Below are positions 1-15,223 of a stretch of 64,000 nt of DNA, in pieces. Within the stretch, counting starts at the first letter, position 1, and the number at the start of each line of letters is the position of its first letter. The translations under genes and the position numbers were made by a program. The notes under the pieces are model-generated. The model ran no database searches. It was not told where the DNA came from and saw only the letters and a list, made by a program, of their open reading frames with translations. This stretch comes from the human T2T-CHM13v2.0 reference genome, Homo sapiens, in the NCBI RefSeq assembly GCF_009914755.1, contig NC_060935.1. One strand, written 5' to 3'.

Positions 1-1135
1 TGTTTGCACTATAGTCTATTAAGTGTGCAATAACATGTCTAAAAATGTACACATCTTAATTAAATCTTTATTGCTAAAAAATGTTAACGGTCATCTGAGC
101 TTTCAGTGAGTCATAATCTTTTGGCTGATGTAGTGTCTTGCCGCAATGTTGATGGCTGTTGGTTGATCAGGATGGTAGTTGCTGAAGGTCGGGGTGATTA
201 TAGCAATTTCTTAAAATAAGCTAACTATGAAGTCTGCCGCATCAATTCATTCTTCTTTTCATGAAAGATTTCTCTGTAGCATGAGATGTTGTTTACCATT
301 TTATGAACAGTAGAACTTCTTTCAAAATCATAATCAATCCTCTCAAACCCTGCTGCTATTCTATCAACTAAGTTTATGTAATATTCTAAATCCTTTGTTG
401 CCATTTCAACAATGTTCACGGGATCTTAGCCAGGGGCAGATTTCATCTCAAGAAACCATTTTCTTTGCTCATCCATAAGAAGCAACATTTTATCTGTTGA
501 AGTTTGGTCATGATATTGCATCAGTTCAGTCACATCTTCAGGCTTCACTTCTAACTTTGGTTATCTTGCTATTTCTACCCTATCCACAGTGAATTCTTCC
601 ACTGAAGTCTTAAAACCCTCAAAGTCATCCATGAGGATTGGAATCAACTTGTTCCAAACTCCTGATAATGTTGTATTTTGACTATGAATCATGAGTGTTT
701 TTAATGGTATCTAGGATGGTGAATCCTTTCCAGAAGATTTTCAATTTACCTTTCCCAGATCCATCTGAGGAATCACCATCTACAACAACTATAGCCTTGT
801 AAAATGTATTTCTTAAATAAGACATAAAAGTCAAAATTACTCTTTGGCCCATGGGCTGCAGAATGGGTGTTATGTTAGCAGGCATGAAATAACAATCTCC
901 TTGTATATGTTCATCAAAACTTTTGGATGATTAGGTGAATTGTCAATGAGCAGCAATATTTTGAAAGGAATTTTTTTTTTCTGATTAGTTAGTATCAACA
1001 GTGAGCTTAAAATACTCAGTAAACCATGGTTTAAACAGGCAAGCTTAAGAGTCGACTTAGCAATTCTTAAGGTCCTTAGGATTTTCAGAATGGTCAATGA
1101 GCATTGGCCTCAATTTAAAGTCACCAGTGGCATTA

Positions 1136-1645
<510 letters not shown>

Positions 1646-1894
1646 AGACATGCTCCAGCTTCTACATAAGCACTTGCTGCTTCACCTTGCACTTTTGTGT
1701 GATGGAGATAGTTTCTTTCCATAAACCTCATAAAGCAACCTCTGCTAGCTTTGAACTTTTATTCTGCAGATTTGTCACCTCTCTGACTTCATAGAACTGA
1801 ACAAAGTTAAGACATTGCTCTGGATTAGGCTTTGGCTTAAGGGAATGTTGTGGCTAGATTGATCTTCTATCCAGACCAATAAAACAAACTTCCT

Positions 1895-2241
<347 letters not shown>

Positions 2242-3417
2242 TTATTCATATGTGCACTGCAGTAGCACTTTTAATTTCCTTAAGAATTTTTCCTTTCCAT
2301 TCACAACGTGGCTAACTGGTGCAAGAGTCCTAGCTGTTGGTCTGTCTTGGCTTTCAATGTGCCTTCCTCACTAAACTTACTGATTTCTAGCTTTTGATTT
2401 AAAGTGAGAAACATGTAACCTTTCCTTTTATTTGAACACTTAGAGGCCATCATAAGGCTATTCATTGACCTAATTTCAAAGTTGTTGAGTCTCAGGGAAT
2501 AGGGAGGCCTGAGCAGAGAGAGAGAGGTGGGGAAATGGCTGGTCAAGGGGGCAATCGGAACACACACAACATTTATTGATTAAGTCACCATCTTACATGG
2601 GCATGGTTGGTGGCACCCCAGAAGAATTTTAATAGTAACATCAAAGATTAATGATCACAGATTACCATAATGGATATAATAATAATAATAATAAAAGTTA
2701 AAATGTTGTGAGAATTAGGAAAATGTGATACAGGGACATGATGTGAGCATAGCTGTTGGCAAAATGCTACCAGTAGACTTGCTTGACACAGGGTTGCCAC
2801 AAACCTTCAATGTGTAAAAACTGCAGTATCTGTGAAGTGCAATAAAACAAGGTATGCCTGTATTAAGTGTGCTTAGAACAGTGCTCAGGACACAGTAGGA
2901 TCTCAGTATACATTATCCATTATTCTCCTTTTTCTCTCTTCTTCTTTCTCCTCATCCTCTTCATCATTGTTCTCTCAGGCTGCTGTTAATGCAGAGGCCC
3001 TAAACGATCTTTTAAAGTAAGAAAGATTAGGCCTTCCCCTCTCTTAGGGCTTCAAACCCATACATATAGGAAGTTCTCATAGGGAGAACACAGTTTTTCT
3101 GTACAGAACCCTTATCAGAGCAACAGCCTGAGGGCAAAATCTGTTCTGCCAGATGTTCTGTATATGTGGGTGATGGGGAGGGGCGTAACAGGCCCAGCTG
3201 TTCCAATTGTAGTTCTTAAATTAATTATCCTGATGATTTCCGCATTAGCCTCTGACTCATGTACTTACTTGATTTGATCTTGAGGCTTCTCCAGGGTGCT
3301 CCTTAAGAAGAACTGTACACCCCTCTGGTATGTTGGGCAGATGTTTTCTCTGTGATGGCTTGCTTCTCTATCTGATCATGGGGGTTTTCAGATAGTATAA
3401 ATCTGTTAACACTTTAG

Positions 3418-4029
<612 letters not shown>

Positions 4030-5138
4030 TAGTTTTCCCCCTTTTTTCCTGGGTACCACACGACCTAAACCCTAGAATGGTGTCCAGTTGGACACCCAGT
4101 AAATTTTTGAATAATTTAAATAAAATATGGTATCTTCTTCTTCCTTTATGTATTTTCATCAAAGTTATTTTCTTCAAAATTTGTCACATAATTTTTCCTG
4201 TGAGCTGTCAGTTGATACAAATGCTTGGTCACTGGGAATATACTGGCCTCTTGTTCAGCCTTGACTTCCAACCCGCAACTGCTGAGTCTCTTCCAATTTC
4301 CAGCAATGGCCGAGAATAACTTATTGGCTCACAGATCCCTTCTATAGTAATTCAATGGAGGTGATGAAGTGGTGGGAAAAATGTTTCATTCAAATCACAG
4401 GTTTCCAGAGGGCATAGTGAACTCAGGTTTAATTCAATCTTGATTCAGTGTCCAATATTTCTGACATTTGATGGGGGGCATGGCAGTAAAAGCCTCTATT
4501 CAGGGATGATGGTATCAAGGGAATGGATAAACCTTCCTTCTGGTTGGTTTGTCTGATTTGGATGACTGACTGCCAAGAAGGATTTGACAAGTGCTAAACA
4601 GCCGCCTATAGCTCAGGCCAAATCGGCTGGGGTTTGAGACATAAATCTTGCTTCTACAGGGGATGAAAGTGCAAGACAGAAAACCGTAGCAACCATCTTT
4701 TCCCAAGATAAGGAAAACATAGAGGTATAGAGAAACACAGACTGTGACCCCCAGTCCAGGCTGGCCAGGACTCACACAGACTCCACTCATCAATGTAAAT
4801 AGGGCTCTGAATATACCTCAAAGCTTTGTGAGGACTGTCTCAGGCCATGCTGGAAACCATTCTGTGAAATGAGGCTGGAGAAGGCAGGAATTAGTATGTT
4901 AACTTTGTTCCTTCAAATTGCTCCTCTGGATTTTCAATGTAGTTTTCATCTGTAAGACCTATTGCTCTTGCTCTTTGCAGCGGGGCCTCTTTATTTGCCA
5001 ATCAAAAGGGTCTTCATTTTTAAAGATGGGTGATGGGTAAAATGAGCTCATCTAAGCTACTCTGTCCCAACTTCTGATCCCATGAGAGGAGAATCCAGTC
5101 TGAAGCAGATTCTTGAATCAAGCAGGCCCCAGGGATTG

Positions 5139-5169
5139 CAGCTGGTAGCACCAGCACTTCCTCTGCCTC

Positions 5170-5216
<47 letters not shown>

Positions 5217-5513
5217 GTTAGACTGATAGTGATACTACTGGGTGCTGACAGACCTTGCAAGTTCGTCTTGCCAACTGCTCCTGCCAAAGCTGGAAGGTGA
5301 AAGAGCAGCAACAGATGCCACCATAGCAGCTGCAGCCATCTGCTAGAAGATAAAATGTGTTGCCAAGAACAGTGCTGGGGAGAGGAGAGGGGGAAAAAGA
5401 GGACATACTTGAACTGAGCCAGCAGTTCCAGCTTAGAATCCAGAGCATGGCAGAGCTAATAGGTGGTTTCTTGTTTACCTTTCCTAAGGTAATGCTCCCC
5501 ACCTCACCATCTG
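5139..5513. promoter_or_regulatory. Candidate enhancer: cluster of E-box, NFI half-site, forkhead and MAF half-site motifs
   Basis: CAGCTG 5139, CAGATG 5312, CAGCTG 5327, CATCTG 5337 and 5508; TGCCAA 5269, 5282, 5361; TGCTGAC 5243; TGTTTAC 5472. Motif content only. Confidence 0.35.
5173..5212. repeat. Pure (T)40 homopolymer not attached to any Alu or L1
   Basis: Counted directly; flanks CTCTAC and ACAAGTTAG are unique sequence. Confidence 0.95.
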
Positions 5514-5904
5514 CCATTCTGCCTTCTCCAACTCTGCTGTTTCCTGATGGTGAGCAATGCCCACTCCTCATTCACCATTTTTGAGAGTGCTTTACAGAAG
5601 AAGCAGCAGACCATTTGGCCCTGCCTTTGAAGCCCAGATTACATCAATATTGACCTTCTGGTTCTCTGAGCTCTTGTCAATTAAAATCAGTTTTCCTCTT
5701 TCTTGGATCCTTTTCAATTCCAACACAGAAGCTAATGCTGTGCAGATTTAGGTCTCCCAGATATAGAATTAACCATGATTTTGCTATTAATTTGCAGGAG
5801 GCCTAGAAAAAATTCTAGGGTACTGGATAAAAAATTTTAAAAGTTTGGATGAGCCAACTTCTCTAGACCTTAGTGTTCTCATTTCTAAAGTGGGAGACAG
5901 AATT

Positions 5905-6150
5905 ATTAAATTCTAAAATTTATTGAACACTCAATAGGCACTAATCGAAGCATTTCATGTTTATTAACTTGTTTAAGCCTCACAACAGCTCTGAGAGGTA
6001 GGTATTATTATTATCCCTATTTTACAGATGAGAAAGTTGAAGCACAGAGTTTATATAACTTTACTGTGCAGCTAGAGGTGGTAGGATTCAATTCTACACA
6101 GCTGGGCTCCGGATTTTGTACTTTTCTCCATCGTGTTATACCGCCTCTAC
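5905..6150. mobile_element. MIR SINE
   Basis: Core ATTATCCCTATTTTACAGATGAGAAAGTTGAAGCACAGAG. Confidence 0.75.
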
Positions 6151-8111
6151 AGAATCCCTTCCAGTTTTAAGATTCTCTAACTTTTTCAGGACTCTAGCTT
6201 TTTCTTTTCATTGTGGTGGACGCCATTATTAGAGTTCAGGACTTTGAATAATTTTGCATTTTTATCTTGGTGGAAATGTAGCAAGTCATAGCTGGATTCT
6301 TCGGACTGTTTATATGCTAGCTTTCAACTTCTCTACTCTCAGATGCCCAGAACTGCCCATTATCTATACTGTGCCAGTCCCTCAACCTCCTTCAGAAGCA
6401 TCCATTGACTTTTCAGTTCAAATGTCAAAACTTCTGCTACCTTCAAAGCTTTTCAACTAAATGATCTTATGCTGCATGTGTGATCTCATTGTTTTCTAGC
6501 ATATTCTTCCTTTTAGGAAAACTTGTGTTCTTGTGTTGCTCTCTTCCCACTTCGCTTTGCACTTCAATGTTATCTGTTTACATAAGAAAAATACTGTTTT
6601 GTGTTGGTTTGCTTTACAGCTTACAATCTGCTTTCACGCACATTATTTCATTGGCTCCCACAACAAATCTATGAGGCATCTACCTGGGTTATCACAACCA
6701 GACATTGGACTACTTCCATTCGTGTCCACCTCAGATTCTTCCTCCTTATTGCTGCCAGAGGAATCTTTCAGGAAGGACAAATCTGTCCATATCACTCCCT
6801 GGTTTAAAATATGTCAGTGAGTTCTTATGCTGATAGGATCTTGCTGTTTTCTACCTTTCCAGCTCTTTTATCCTCACTCTTCTCTTCTCATCATATGACT
6901 CAGCAATGCCAAACCAAACACAGTTCCCAGAACCCACTGCAATATCTCACACTGCTGAGGTTTTGCTCTTGCTCCGTCTTGATCAGGACTTGCCCTCCCC
7001 TTTTGTTGCTTATCTAATTCCTACTGTCCTTTAGAAGTCTGGGCCAGCTCCTCCAGGCAGTTTCCCTGCCCCCTCCCCTGCTGCAAGATTACGCAGTCTA
7101 AGTGTGCCCATCCACATCCTAACATTTATTTTGTATTAAAATTATCTATTTGTTATGTGTCTTGTCTCCTCCTATTCCTGGAAAGCATAAGCTATATCAA
7201 ATACACCTTTGAAGCTTTTGAATCCTAGGTCTTAGTGCTGCAGCATTCTGCTAATTAAAGTATGTTGACCTGCACTGAAGCCCCACTACATAGATCAGTA
7301 AACTGAGTCCGAAAAAGTTTCAATCAACTTCTGTAGGTATCGTGGCTAGAAAATGACAGAGCAGGCAGTAAACCTCTTGACTATCAATGCCTTAGGAATT
7401 TGGCCCAAACTGTTTTAAATGCATGGAATAATCTTTCTCCTATTTTACATGACAAGTCCTTTACCTCTATTTTCAAATAGTGTCTCGGATCTACCCTCTT
7501 CATCTATGTTCTCCCTCAAATCAAACTCTATTTACTAGATTAACTATTTTATACAATGTTTTCTCCATTTGTCTATAATCTTCTTCGGATCAGGAATTGC
7601 TGCTTCTTTCTTCTCTGACTCATTATCTAATAAAATGCACCCAATGGGACTCAGTCAGTGCTTGCCTTCTGACTGAAATACTTCAAAGCAAACCTCAGTA
7701 CACATAAAAAGAAAGCACACTTGTACAGCTTGTGCAAATAGTGATTAAGCCCCATTGTGTCTAGGGCTAGGTCTGCTCTGGCTTTCCCCAATTTCCCCCA
7801 GTGTAAGCATGCTATGCCTGCTTTCCACTGCACCCCATTTCTCTGAGGCATCTTCACTTGGCTGGACAGTTCTAGCATTTGAAAGAGCATTAGCAGAGTT
7901 GACTTCCTTTTACTGTATAATGGAAAAAGCAAGGGCCTTGGAGTTAAAAGACCTTGGTTTGTTTTCCGGCTCTCTAGGCCCACAGTCTCTTATTTCAGTG
8001 TTGGGAATCAAAATAGTAGATGTTCTATTTAAGTTCCAGAGTTATTGTGTGATCAAGTAAGGTAATGAGATAATGCATGTGCAAACTATTTTTGTAATCC
8101 ATCCTCACTAT

Positions 8112-8762
8112 ATAATCAGTCCTCATTATTTGTGAATTCTGTGTTTGCAAATTTGCCCAGTGCCTAAAATTTATGTGTAACCCCCAAATCAATACTCATG
8201 GCATTTCCACAGCCGTTGTCAGACATGTACCAGGCTGTGAAAAATTTGAGTTACTCCTCAACATTCGTGTTCCCAGCTGAGGGAGAAAAGGGTGACACTC
8301 CTTCTTGTTTTAGCTCTCATGCTATTAAGTATCCTTTTTTTTTTTTTTTTTGCCAGATTTTGTTGCATTTTTGTGCTTTTTTATTGATGATTTTACTGTT
8401 TAAAATGGGCCCTGAGCTTACTTCTGAAGTGCTGTCTAGTATTCTAAGCACAAGAAGGCTGCAATGCCCCTTACAGAGAAAACACATATGTTAGAGAAGC
8501 TTCATTCAGGCATGAGTCATAGCACTGTGGGCCATGAGCACAATGTTAATGAATCAATTGTATATGTTACATAAGATGTCTTCAAACAGAAACACACATA
8601 AAACAAGGTTATGTTTTTATTCGTTGATTAAAATGTTATGAGCAGAGGCTTGCAGTAACCTAACCCTGTATTTTACCTAGGAGCCATGGCTCAGTGTTTG
8701 CTAATTCATTGTCCATAGTGACTTGGTGGAACATAATCAGCCCTAATAATTGGAATACATTG
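8112..8762. mobile_element. MER82-like non-autonomous Tigger-family DNA transposon (about 650 bp)
   Basis: Start CAGTCCTCATTATTTGTGAATTCTGTGTTTGCAAATTTGCC...AAAATTTATGTGTAACCCCCAAATCAATACTC matches the remembered MER82 start, and the length fits. Confidence 0.65.
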
Positions 8763-8883
8763 CATTCATTTGTAAGGGAATCTTCCCATTTGAGGTCACT
8801 TCTGTCTTGTCTCTAACCACTCCTAATCCTTAGCACCGTGTCTCTCAAACTATTTTTGCTCCTTAAGAATCATTGAGGAACTT

Positions 8884-9040
8884 ATTAAAATGTAGAGAAG
8901 ATTTGACATGTTCTCAATACAAAGAAATGACAAATGTTCAAAGTGATGGATATCCTAAGTACCCTGATTTGATTATTATACATTGTATGCATGAATCAAA
9001 ATCTCACATGTACAAATATTATGTATTAGTAAAAAAAATA
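8884..9040 (+). mobile_element. Short 3'-end fragment of an old L1 (L1MA/MB)
   Basis: AAGTGATGGATATCCTAAGTACCCTGATTTGATTATTATACATTGTATGCATG followed by an A-rich end. Confidence 0.7.
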
Positions 9041-9067
9041 TATAGAGTCCCAAGTCAACAACCCTGA

Positions 9068-9377
9068 TTTTTTTTTTCTTTTTCTTTTTTTGGATGGAGT
9101 CTTGCTTTGTCACCCAGGCTAGAATGCGGTGGAGTGATCTTGGCTTACTGCAACCTCTGCCTCCCAGGTCAGGTTCAAGCGATTCTCCTGCCTCAACCTC
9201 CTGAATAGCTGGGATTATAGGCACTTGCCACCATGCCTGGCTAATTTTTGTATTTTTAGTAGAGACGGCAGTTTGCCATGTTGGCCAGGCTGGTTTCGAA
9301 CTCCTGACCTGAAGCTATCCACCGGCCTCGGCCTCCTGCAGTGATGGGATTACATGTGTGAGCCACCGCTCCCAGCC
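9068..9377 (-). mobile_element. AluS
   Basis: T-rich tail and a full reverse-complement dimeric Alu. Confidence 0.9.
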
Positions 9378-10789
9378 CTGAACAGCTTTTGTTGCGAGTT
9401 CAGAAGCACATGTCAGGAGGCCCTGATGCATACAAGGCCTTGGGGAGTAGTGGGGTGAAGCTGCCAGAGTGTGGGTAGTGATGGGCTGATCAGGCTGGGG
9501 TCATTCAGTTTTCTGGAGTCTCTGTCCAACCTGATGCTCTGGGGGCCTTTCCTGATATAGGCCTGACCCAGATCCCTGCAGATGCCTTTTTCATATCTCA
9601 CTGTAACTGCAGGAACCAGACATGGGGAAAGCCCTAAGAAAGAGGAGGGCGGGAAAAGCCACACTTTGTACCAGTCACTCAAGCCTTTTTTGTTTTGGAA
9701 GAACATGGGAATGTCATATTCTTCAACTTTTTACTAAATGGTCTCCTGAGACATGGGTGAGGAGGAACCAAATTGTAACCCTCTTGGCCTGCAGACTTCA
9801 GACTCAGCAGCAGTGTGGTCATTGCAATCACATTAATTCTTCATACCAGGATAAGAGCTAACACTGACCAATGCTTGAATCCATTACATTTTGTCAAGGG
9901 AATGCCAATTAGTTTTCTACAAGTATTTACTTTTCCAATTAATCTCTGCTCCCAAACACTAGAATATTTAGAGACTTTTTTTTTTTTTTAATGACAAGAA
10001 CTTCAAGTTGTATTCAATGGGAAAACAAAATACTTTTTGAGAACCCTGGGACCCAGAGAGCAGTTAACCTCAGGCTTAGGGAAGAACAGTAAAGGATAGT
10101 TAGTCTTCATCGAATGGTGATGAAGGTGGTTGCAGTGGAAGAAGACGGGCTGTTGACATCAGACAGCGTGGGTTCAAATTCTGGCTTTGCTATTTTCTAG
10201 CAGTGGGGTCCTGCAAAAATAATCCCCAATCTCTTCAGTATTCCTCTTCTAGAAAAAATGAAGACAATGGCCTTGATAAAGATGAGGAAAGATACTGCAA
10301 AGTTTTCTAGCTGGGTACATCTGGAACATGATAAATGCTCCGTAAATGATAGTTATCCTCTCCTTCCTTCTTTCAACTTCCTGTACATGGAGGTTGCACA
10401 GGTTATATCATCTCTGTGGCCCTGGGCTGTGCTACAAGTTCTAGATGAAGTGCCTACTCTCTCTCTCCTCCCTTTCCCCATTCTTTCATAACTTCTTCCA
10501 TTTCTCTAGAGCCTTAGTGTAAATAGTCTTACATGATGAACTGATTCTGTGCTAATGTGATCATAGTATGACTCCTCAAGGCAACAGTTTCGTTTTACCA
10601 GGGAGTTTTTGGAAATAAATGTCGGGAATTTCTGGGTGTCTTGGGTTGAGAATGGGGGCATCTCCTAAATCAGCAGATGCTTAGCATGTGTTGGTGAAGA
10701 CTGGCCTTGACTGGGATACCTCATTTATCTCACTTGCATTGCTGAAAGATGATTCAGCCTTGAAGAGAGAAGGCTGGGATTCCTGATTC

Positions 10790-10990
10790 TGGAACATGAC
10801 TGTCCTAATTATAAATCTTGGCTTTATCAAGTACTGTGTCAACTTAGGCAAATGGTCTTTCTGAGCCTCAGGTTTCTCACCTGTAAAATAGGGATAACAA
10901 TACTTATCTTTTAGAGTTTTTGTGAGGGTAGGAAATATTTTATGGAAATGTCTGTCTCACAGTATGAGATCAGCAAATGGCCACCTCTAT
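10790..10990. mobile_element. MIR SINE
   Basis: Core CTGAGCCTCAGGTTTCTCACCTGTAAAATAGGGATAACAATACTTATC. Confidence 0.7.
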
Positions 10991-11334
10991 TATAGATCAG
11001 TGAAAGGGTGAGGTAGATGCGGCTGACAGCTGGTAGGCTCAGAGGGCATGAGCTAGGTCTATAGTTTTCAACTAGTAATTCTGTAATTAGTTGTGGTAAT
11101 CTGGTGGCATGGTAATTTCAGGATGACTGAAAGCCAATTTTTCTCTACTAACAGTTAAAGAACCAATATTTGGAAAACTTTTTGAACATCATTCTCATTT
11201 ATGTGTCTTCTGATAAGCTTTCTTGAGTGAGAGAGAAAGGTATGGATTAATAGTCATTTACCTGGAAAGTATGAATATGAGAATATACCTTGTATGTGAA
11301 CATCCTTTATTGGCAAAAATCAGTATGTTTGATT

Positions 11335-12050
11335 ACATCAATGCTAAGAGTTTCTGTTAAAGGAAGTGCACCATAGACAGAGTTAACAGAGAAATAATAG
11401 ACTGGGAAGAGATGTTTGTGATGTCTAGAATCAAAAGGCAATTAATATCTAAAATAAAGAGTTTCTTTATGTCACTGGAAAAAGACAGGTGCCACAACAG
11501 CAAGTGGGAAAAAAACCAAACAAACCCAAATGTTTCAAAAATAGATGCAATGACTTAAACCCATGAATAATCAGAGATGTAAAAATTAAAACAACCACTT
11601 CACTCTTTTTTAAATCTGTGTGTAAATTGGATGGCATCAAGTGTTAGGAAAGAGGTGGGGAAGCGGGACCCTTATTCGTGACTGGTAGGATTGTGAACTG
11701 CTAGAGGCATTGTGTGAAGCCATCTGGCAGTCTTTGGTGAAGTCAAGTCGGCCTCTACCCAGCAATCCCATCCTCAAGAAAATATGCCAGAAAAATCTTC
11801 ATGCAAATCTACAAGGAGGCATGGCTGAGAAGATTGAACATTTGTAGTAGTGAGGAGTTCAGGCTATGAACTTCTTTGATGGATGCTTTCTATGGACTAT
11901 TCTGTAGCAGTTGGGAGCAAGAAGCACACATCCCAACATAGATAAACCTTAAAACTGAGATATCAATTAAAAAAGGTAAAAGGAATGAGGTTTGTTATGC
12001 TATAATATTTAGGTAACTTAAAGATAAAAGTATATGAGTTTGCAAGAAAA
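11335..12050 (+). mobile_element. Ancient L1M(E) ORF2 3'/UTR fragment
   Basis: Degenerate L1 landmarks in order: GACTGGGAAGAGATGTTTG, ATAATCAGAGATGTAAAAATTAAAACAAC, ACCCAGCAATCCCATCCTC. Confidence 0.6.
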
Positions 12051-13167
12051 AAAATTTTTAAGGAAGCAAATGGATGTGGTCCTTGATTTCTTGGCATATC
12101 CAGCTTTTGAAGTTTAATTTCTAAAAATGCATATGGAAATATTACATAAACTTTCCTTAATAGATGTGTAACTTTTTTAATCAGATGTGTTTTTAATGTG
12201 TAAAAACTATTAATGTTTCTAAAAATCTAAATGCATTAAAAGTTTAAGTGAAGTATATGGGAGAAGCCCATCTTTTTTAAAACAGCAGAAAATTATGGTG
12301 TGAATTATATTAATAATTATTACCATGTTTGTTTATTAATTTTTTTGGATCTAGAATTTATTAATACAAAACACATGGACATTACCTGAATAACAGAGGG
12401 AATGACCGTTCATTCAATGAAGCTCTTCATGTCCTCTCAAAGATTTTATCTTATGCCTCATTTTTCTTGGAGGATTATCGAGGGATGATGAAGTTACAGG
12501 GAACAAAATAAAGGTGAGCTGTAATGGGCTCATTCAAAGTGGATGCTGTCCTCTTCACATAGATTTCCTAAAGATGGATTAGGAGAAGTAAATGAATGTA
12601 TGTTTATGTGATCAAAATTCACCCTTATCCTGAATGAAATAAATAGGCATGTTCAGAGGAGTGTGCAGGGAGGCGACTGGTTACAAGTATGTTGCCTGAG
12701 AACTGGCAGAGATGAAGGCTGGGCTGACATGGGGCAGGATCATCTCAGATGGAAGCCAGAGAGGCAGAACATTTTCATGCAGGTCACTACACATGTTTGA
12801 CACTAAATTCAAAGTAATGACTGAAGCAACTGGCACCATTTAAAATAACGAGCCAGAGTCATCCACCAAGAAGCTGAAATGATGGCAGCACCATTTTTGT
12901 GGTAAGAAGACACGAATCTCAAGGTCAGCGATTCCTATTAAAGGGTGACATCTGCCTGTCATTTCAGGGTGATCTAGCATCTGTGTATCATTCAAGAGTA
13001 AAGGAATAGCACTTGATAGTGCAGTGTTGAGTGCCTTACATGTTTACAGCTACAGACTTCTGTTGCACTCAGCTCAGTTCCTCAGTGGCACCAGGGGCTG
13101 GCAACTGGCAGCAATTATGGAATCTATGAGATTATATGTCATTCATTATGTAATGGATATTTATCAG

Positions 13168-13692
13168 TTACTTTGGTAGCCCAGCATCTTCTTTTGCTTG
13201 GGACTATATTAACCTGTGTCCTTCTGTAAAAGCTTGAAATGCAAGTTGTTTAGCTATTGAATTTCCCAGATTCTCTTGTGTATAACTTAGGCTCCAATAA
13301 CCAGATGCAGCTGCCTTGAATTTTGAAATTAAGAATTAGAAGTGCAAAAAAGGCTGGGATGGAGGAACATGAGGATTAGTAATAAGAGTTTTCAGAGGCA
13401 CAAGAGGAATAACAGTGCAGTGGCTGTAACTGACTAGTGCCTATGGTGGTGGTGGTTGCAGCTGAGGTTTGTAGAGTTTAGAGGTGACAGTGTTGACAGT
13501 GGTCTGGTTTTATGGTATGAGAATTTTGGCGGTGGTCCAGGTTAATGCACTAGCTTCCCTTGCTCTTGAATGTTACCCAAGCCTGAATTTCCTGGCAATT
13601 ATACATTACCTAATACTGTTTCAATAGATTTATTTTCTGCTTATGTCAGCCAGAGTTGGTTTCTGCTGCAACCAATAAAGCTGACTGATACA
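13168..13692 (+). mobile_element. Old ERVL-class solo LTR (LTR33-like)
   Basis: TTTCCCAGATTCTCTTG near the start and 3' end GCCAGAGTTGGTTTCTGCTGCAACCAATAAAGCTGACTGATACA; resembles the elements at 41.3 kb and 56.6 kb. Confidence 0.5.
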
Positions 13693-15013
13693 GGATGCAT
13701 ATCCAGGTTTCAGATGCAAATTGCTTTCTGGAATCAAGTGTGTGACCTATGGTTTGTCATGATGTGTCTCTGAAAGGGTCTAAAACCATTTTATAAATAG
13801 TTTATCATCATTGACTTTTAGATTCCATGATGTCAACATCACACCTATAAATCACTGACTAAATTCATATTTAATGTGTACCCACTATGTGCCAGAAATT
13901 GTGCCAGACAATAGGGATACGATGAGAGATGGTTCTTTGTTTCATGGTGCTCACTCTTTGAGAAGGGAGATGGGCAAGAAAATGGACAGTTGCAATATAC
14001 TTACTATGAAAGGACAGCAGCTATAAGAGCATCTAGGAGGATCATCTAACCCAGCCTTGTGCGGGCGGGATAACTATATATAGCATATCTTTGCATGAAT
14101 GTTCTGCTGTTGTCTTAAATTCATCTTTATTTTCTTCCTTCTTTCCCATTACTTTATTTGCTTGTTTTCGTATTTCCATCATGACTCCATTATTCTCCAA
14201 GTCACCTAGACCCATGCCTGGAGGATAATTCTTTTGCCTTCTGTGTTCATTTAGTTACCAAAATTGCAAGTGTGTACATGTGTGTACCAAAATTCCATGT
14301 GTGTACATGCAAACCACACCTGAAATAATAGTTTCTTGAAACAATATTTTACTCTATGTAATGGTTTCTATTTTCTATCCCATTCTATTTCATGTTTTTA
14401 AAAATGCTACTTTTAACCTATAAATTAATTTCATGACCCACTAGTGTTCTATTACCCATTCTTAAAAATACTCTAATCTCTTCTATATGTTCAAACTGTT
14501 ACTTCAAACTAGGTCCTTTATTTTTATTTATGCATGACTCCCCCATAGCAAAAGCAGCAGTATCAATAACAAACCCACCTTCCTTCAACACACTTTACCT
14601 TAATGTCTAGCCTTCTCATCCCAGGCCAGAGGATCTTTATTTTCTTTTTCTTCATTCACTTAAATTTAGTTTCGTCACTGATATGCCACAGAAACTGCTT
14701 TTGCTAAGCTCACAGCTCACAAGCTGCCTCCATATCTCTAAATCCAGTGGATAGAGTCTTTCTCTTGCTGGGCATCTCCCTTCTTCAGAAATCCTTGTTA
14801 ACACGGTTACATTGATCCCTATCTATTGGGTTTCCTTTTATTTCTCTGTTCTCTCCTTCTTACAAGATCTTTTTAGGCTCATCTGCCTTCATCTGGCTAT
14901 TCAAAATTTCTCAAGACTCAAATCTGGGTTTTTAAAATCATTCACTAGACTTATGCTCACAGCTTTAATTTCCATGTATATGCTGATATCTCTCAAATGG
15001 ACATCATCTGCCC

Positions 15014-15223
15014 CAGAGTTTCTCAACCTTGACACTTGGAGCTAGATGATTCTTTGTTTTGGGGGGCTATCCCATGCATTGTAGGATGTTTAGCAACATC
15101 CCTGGCCTCTACCTACTAGACACAAGTAACAACTGCTCCCTCCTCCAGTTGAGATTACCAAAATGTCTCCAAACATTGTCAGTTGTCCTCTGGGGGGCAA
15201 AATCATTCCAATTGAGAATCACA
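15014..15223. mobile_element. MER20 (hAT-Charlie) inside an L2 remnant
   Basis: CAGAGTTTCTCAACCTTGACAC...GCATTGTAGGATGTTTAGCAACATCCCTGGCCTCTACC...GGGGGCAAAATC...TTGAGAATCACAG. Confidence 0.85.

Noticed and set aside
12383-12470. Possible minus-strand exon with donor CAG/GTAATG
   Set aside because: Weak acceptor, stops in the frames I read, and no partner exons.
13082-13102. CTCF-like sequence GTGGCACCAGGGGCTGG
   Set aside because: One G short of the CCACCAGGGGGCGC core and mismatched at key positions.
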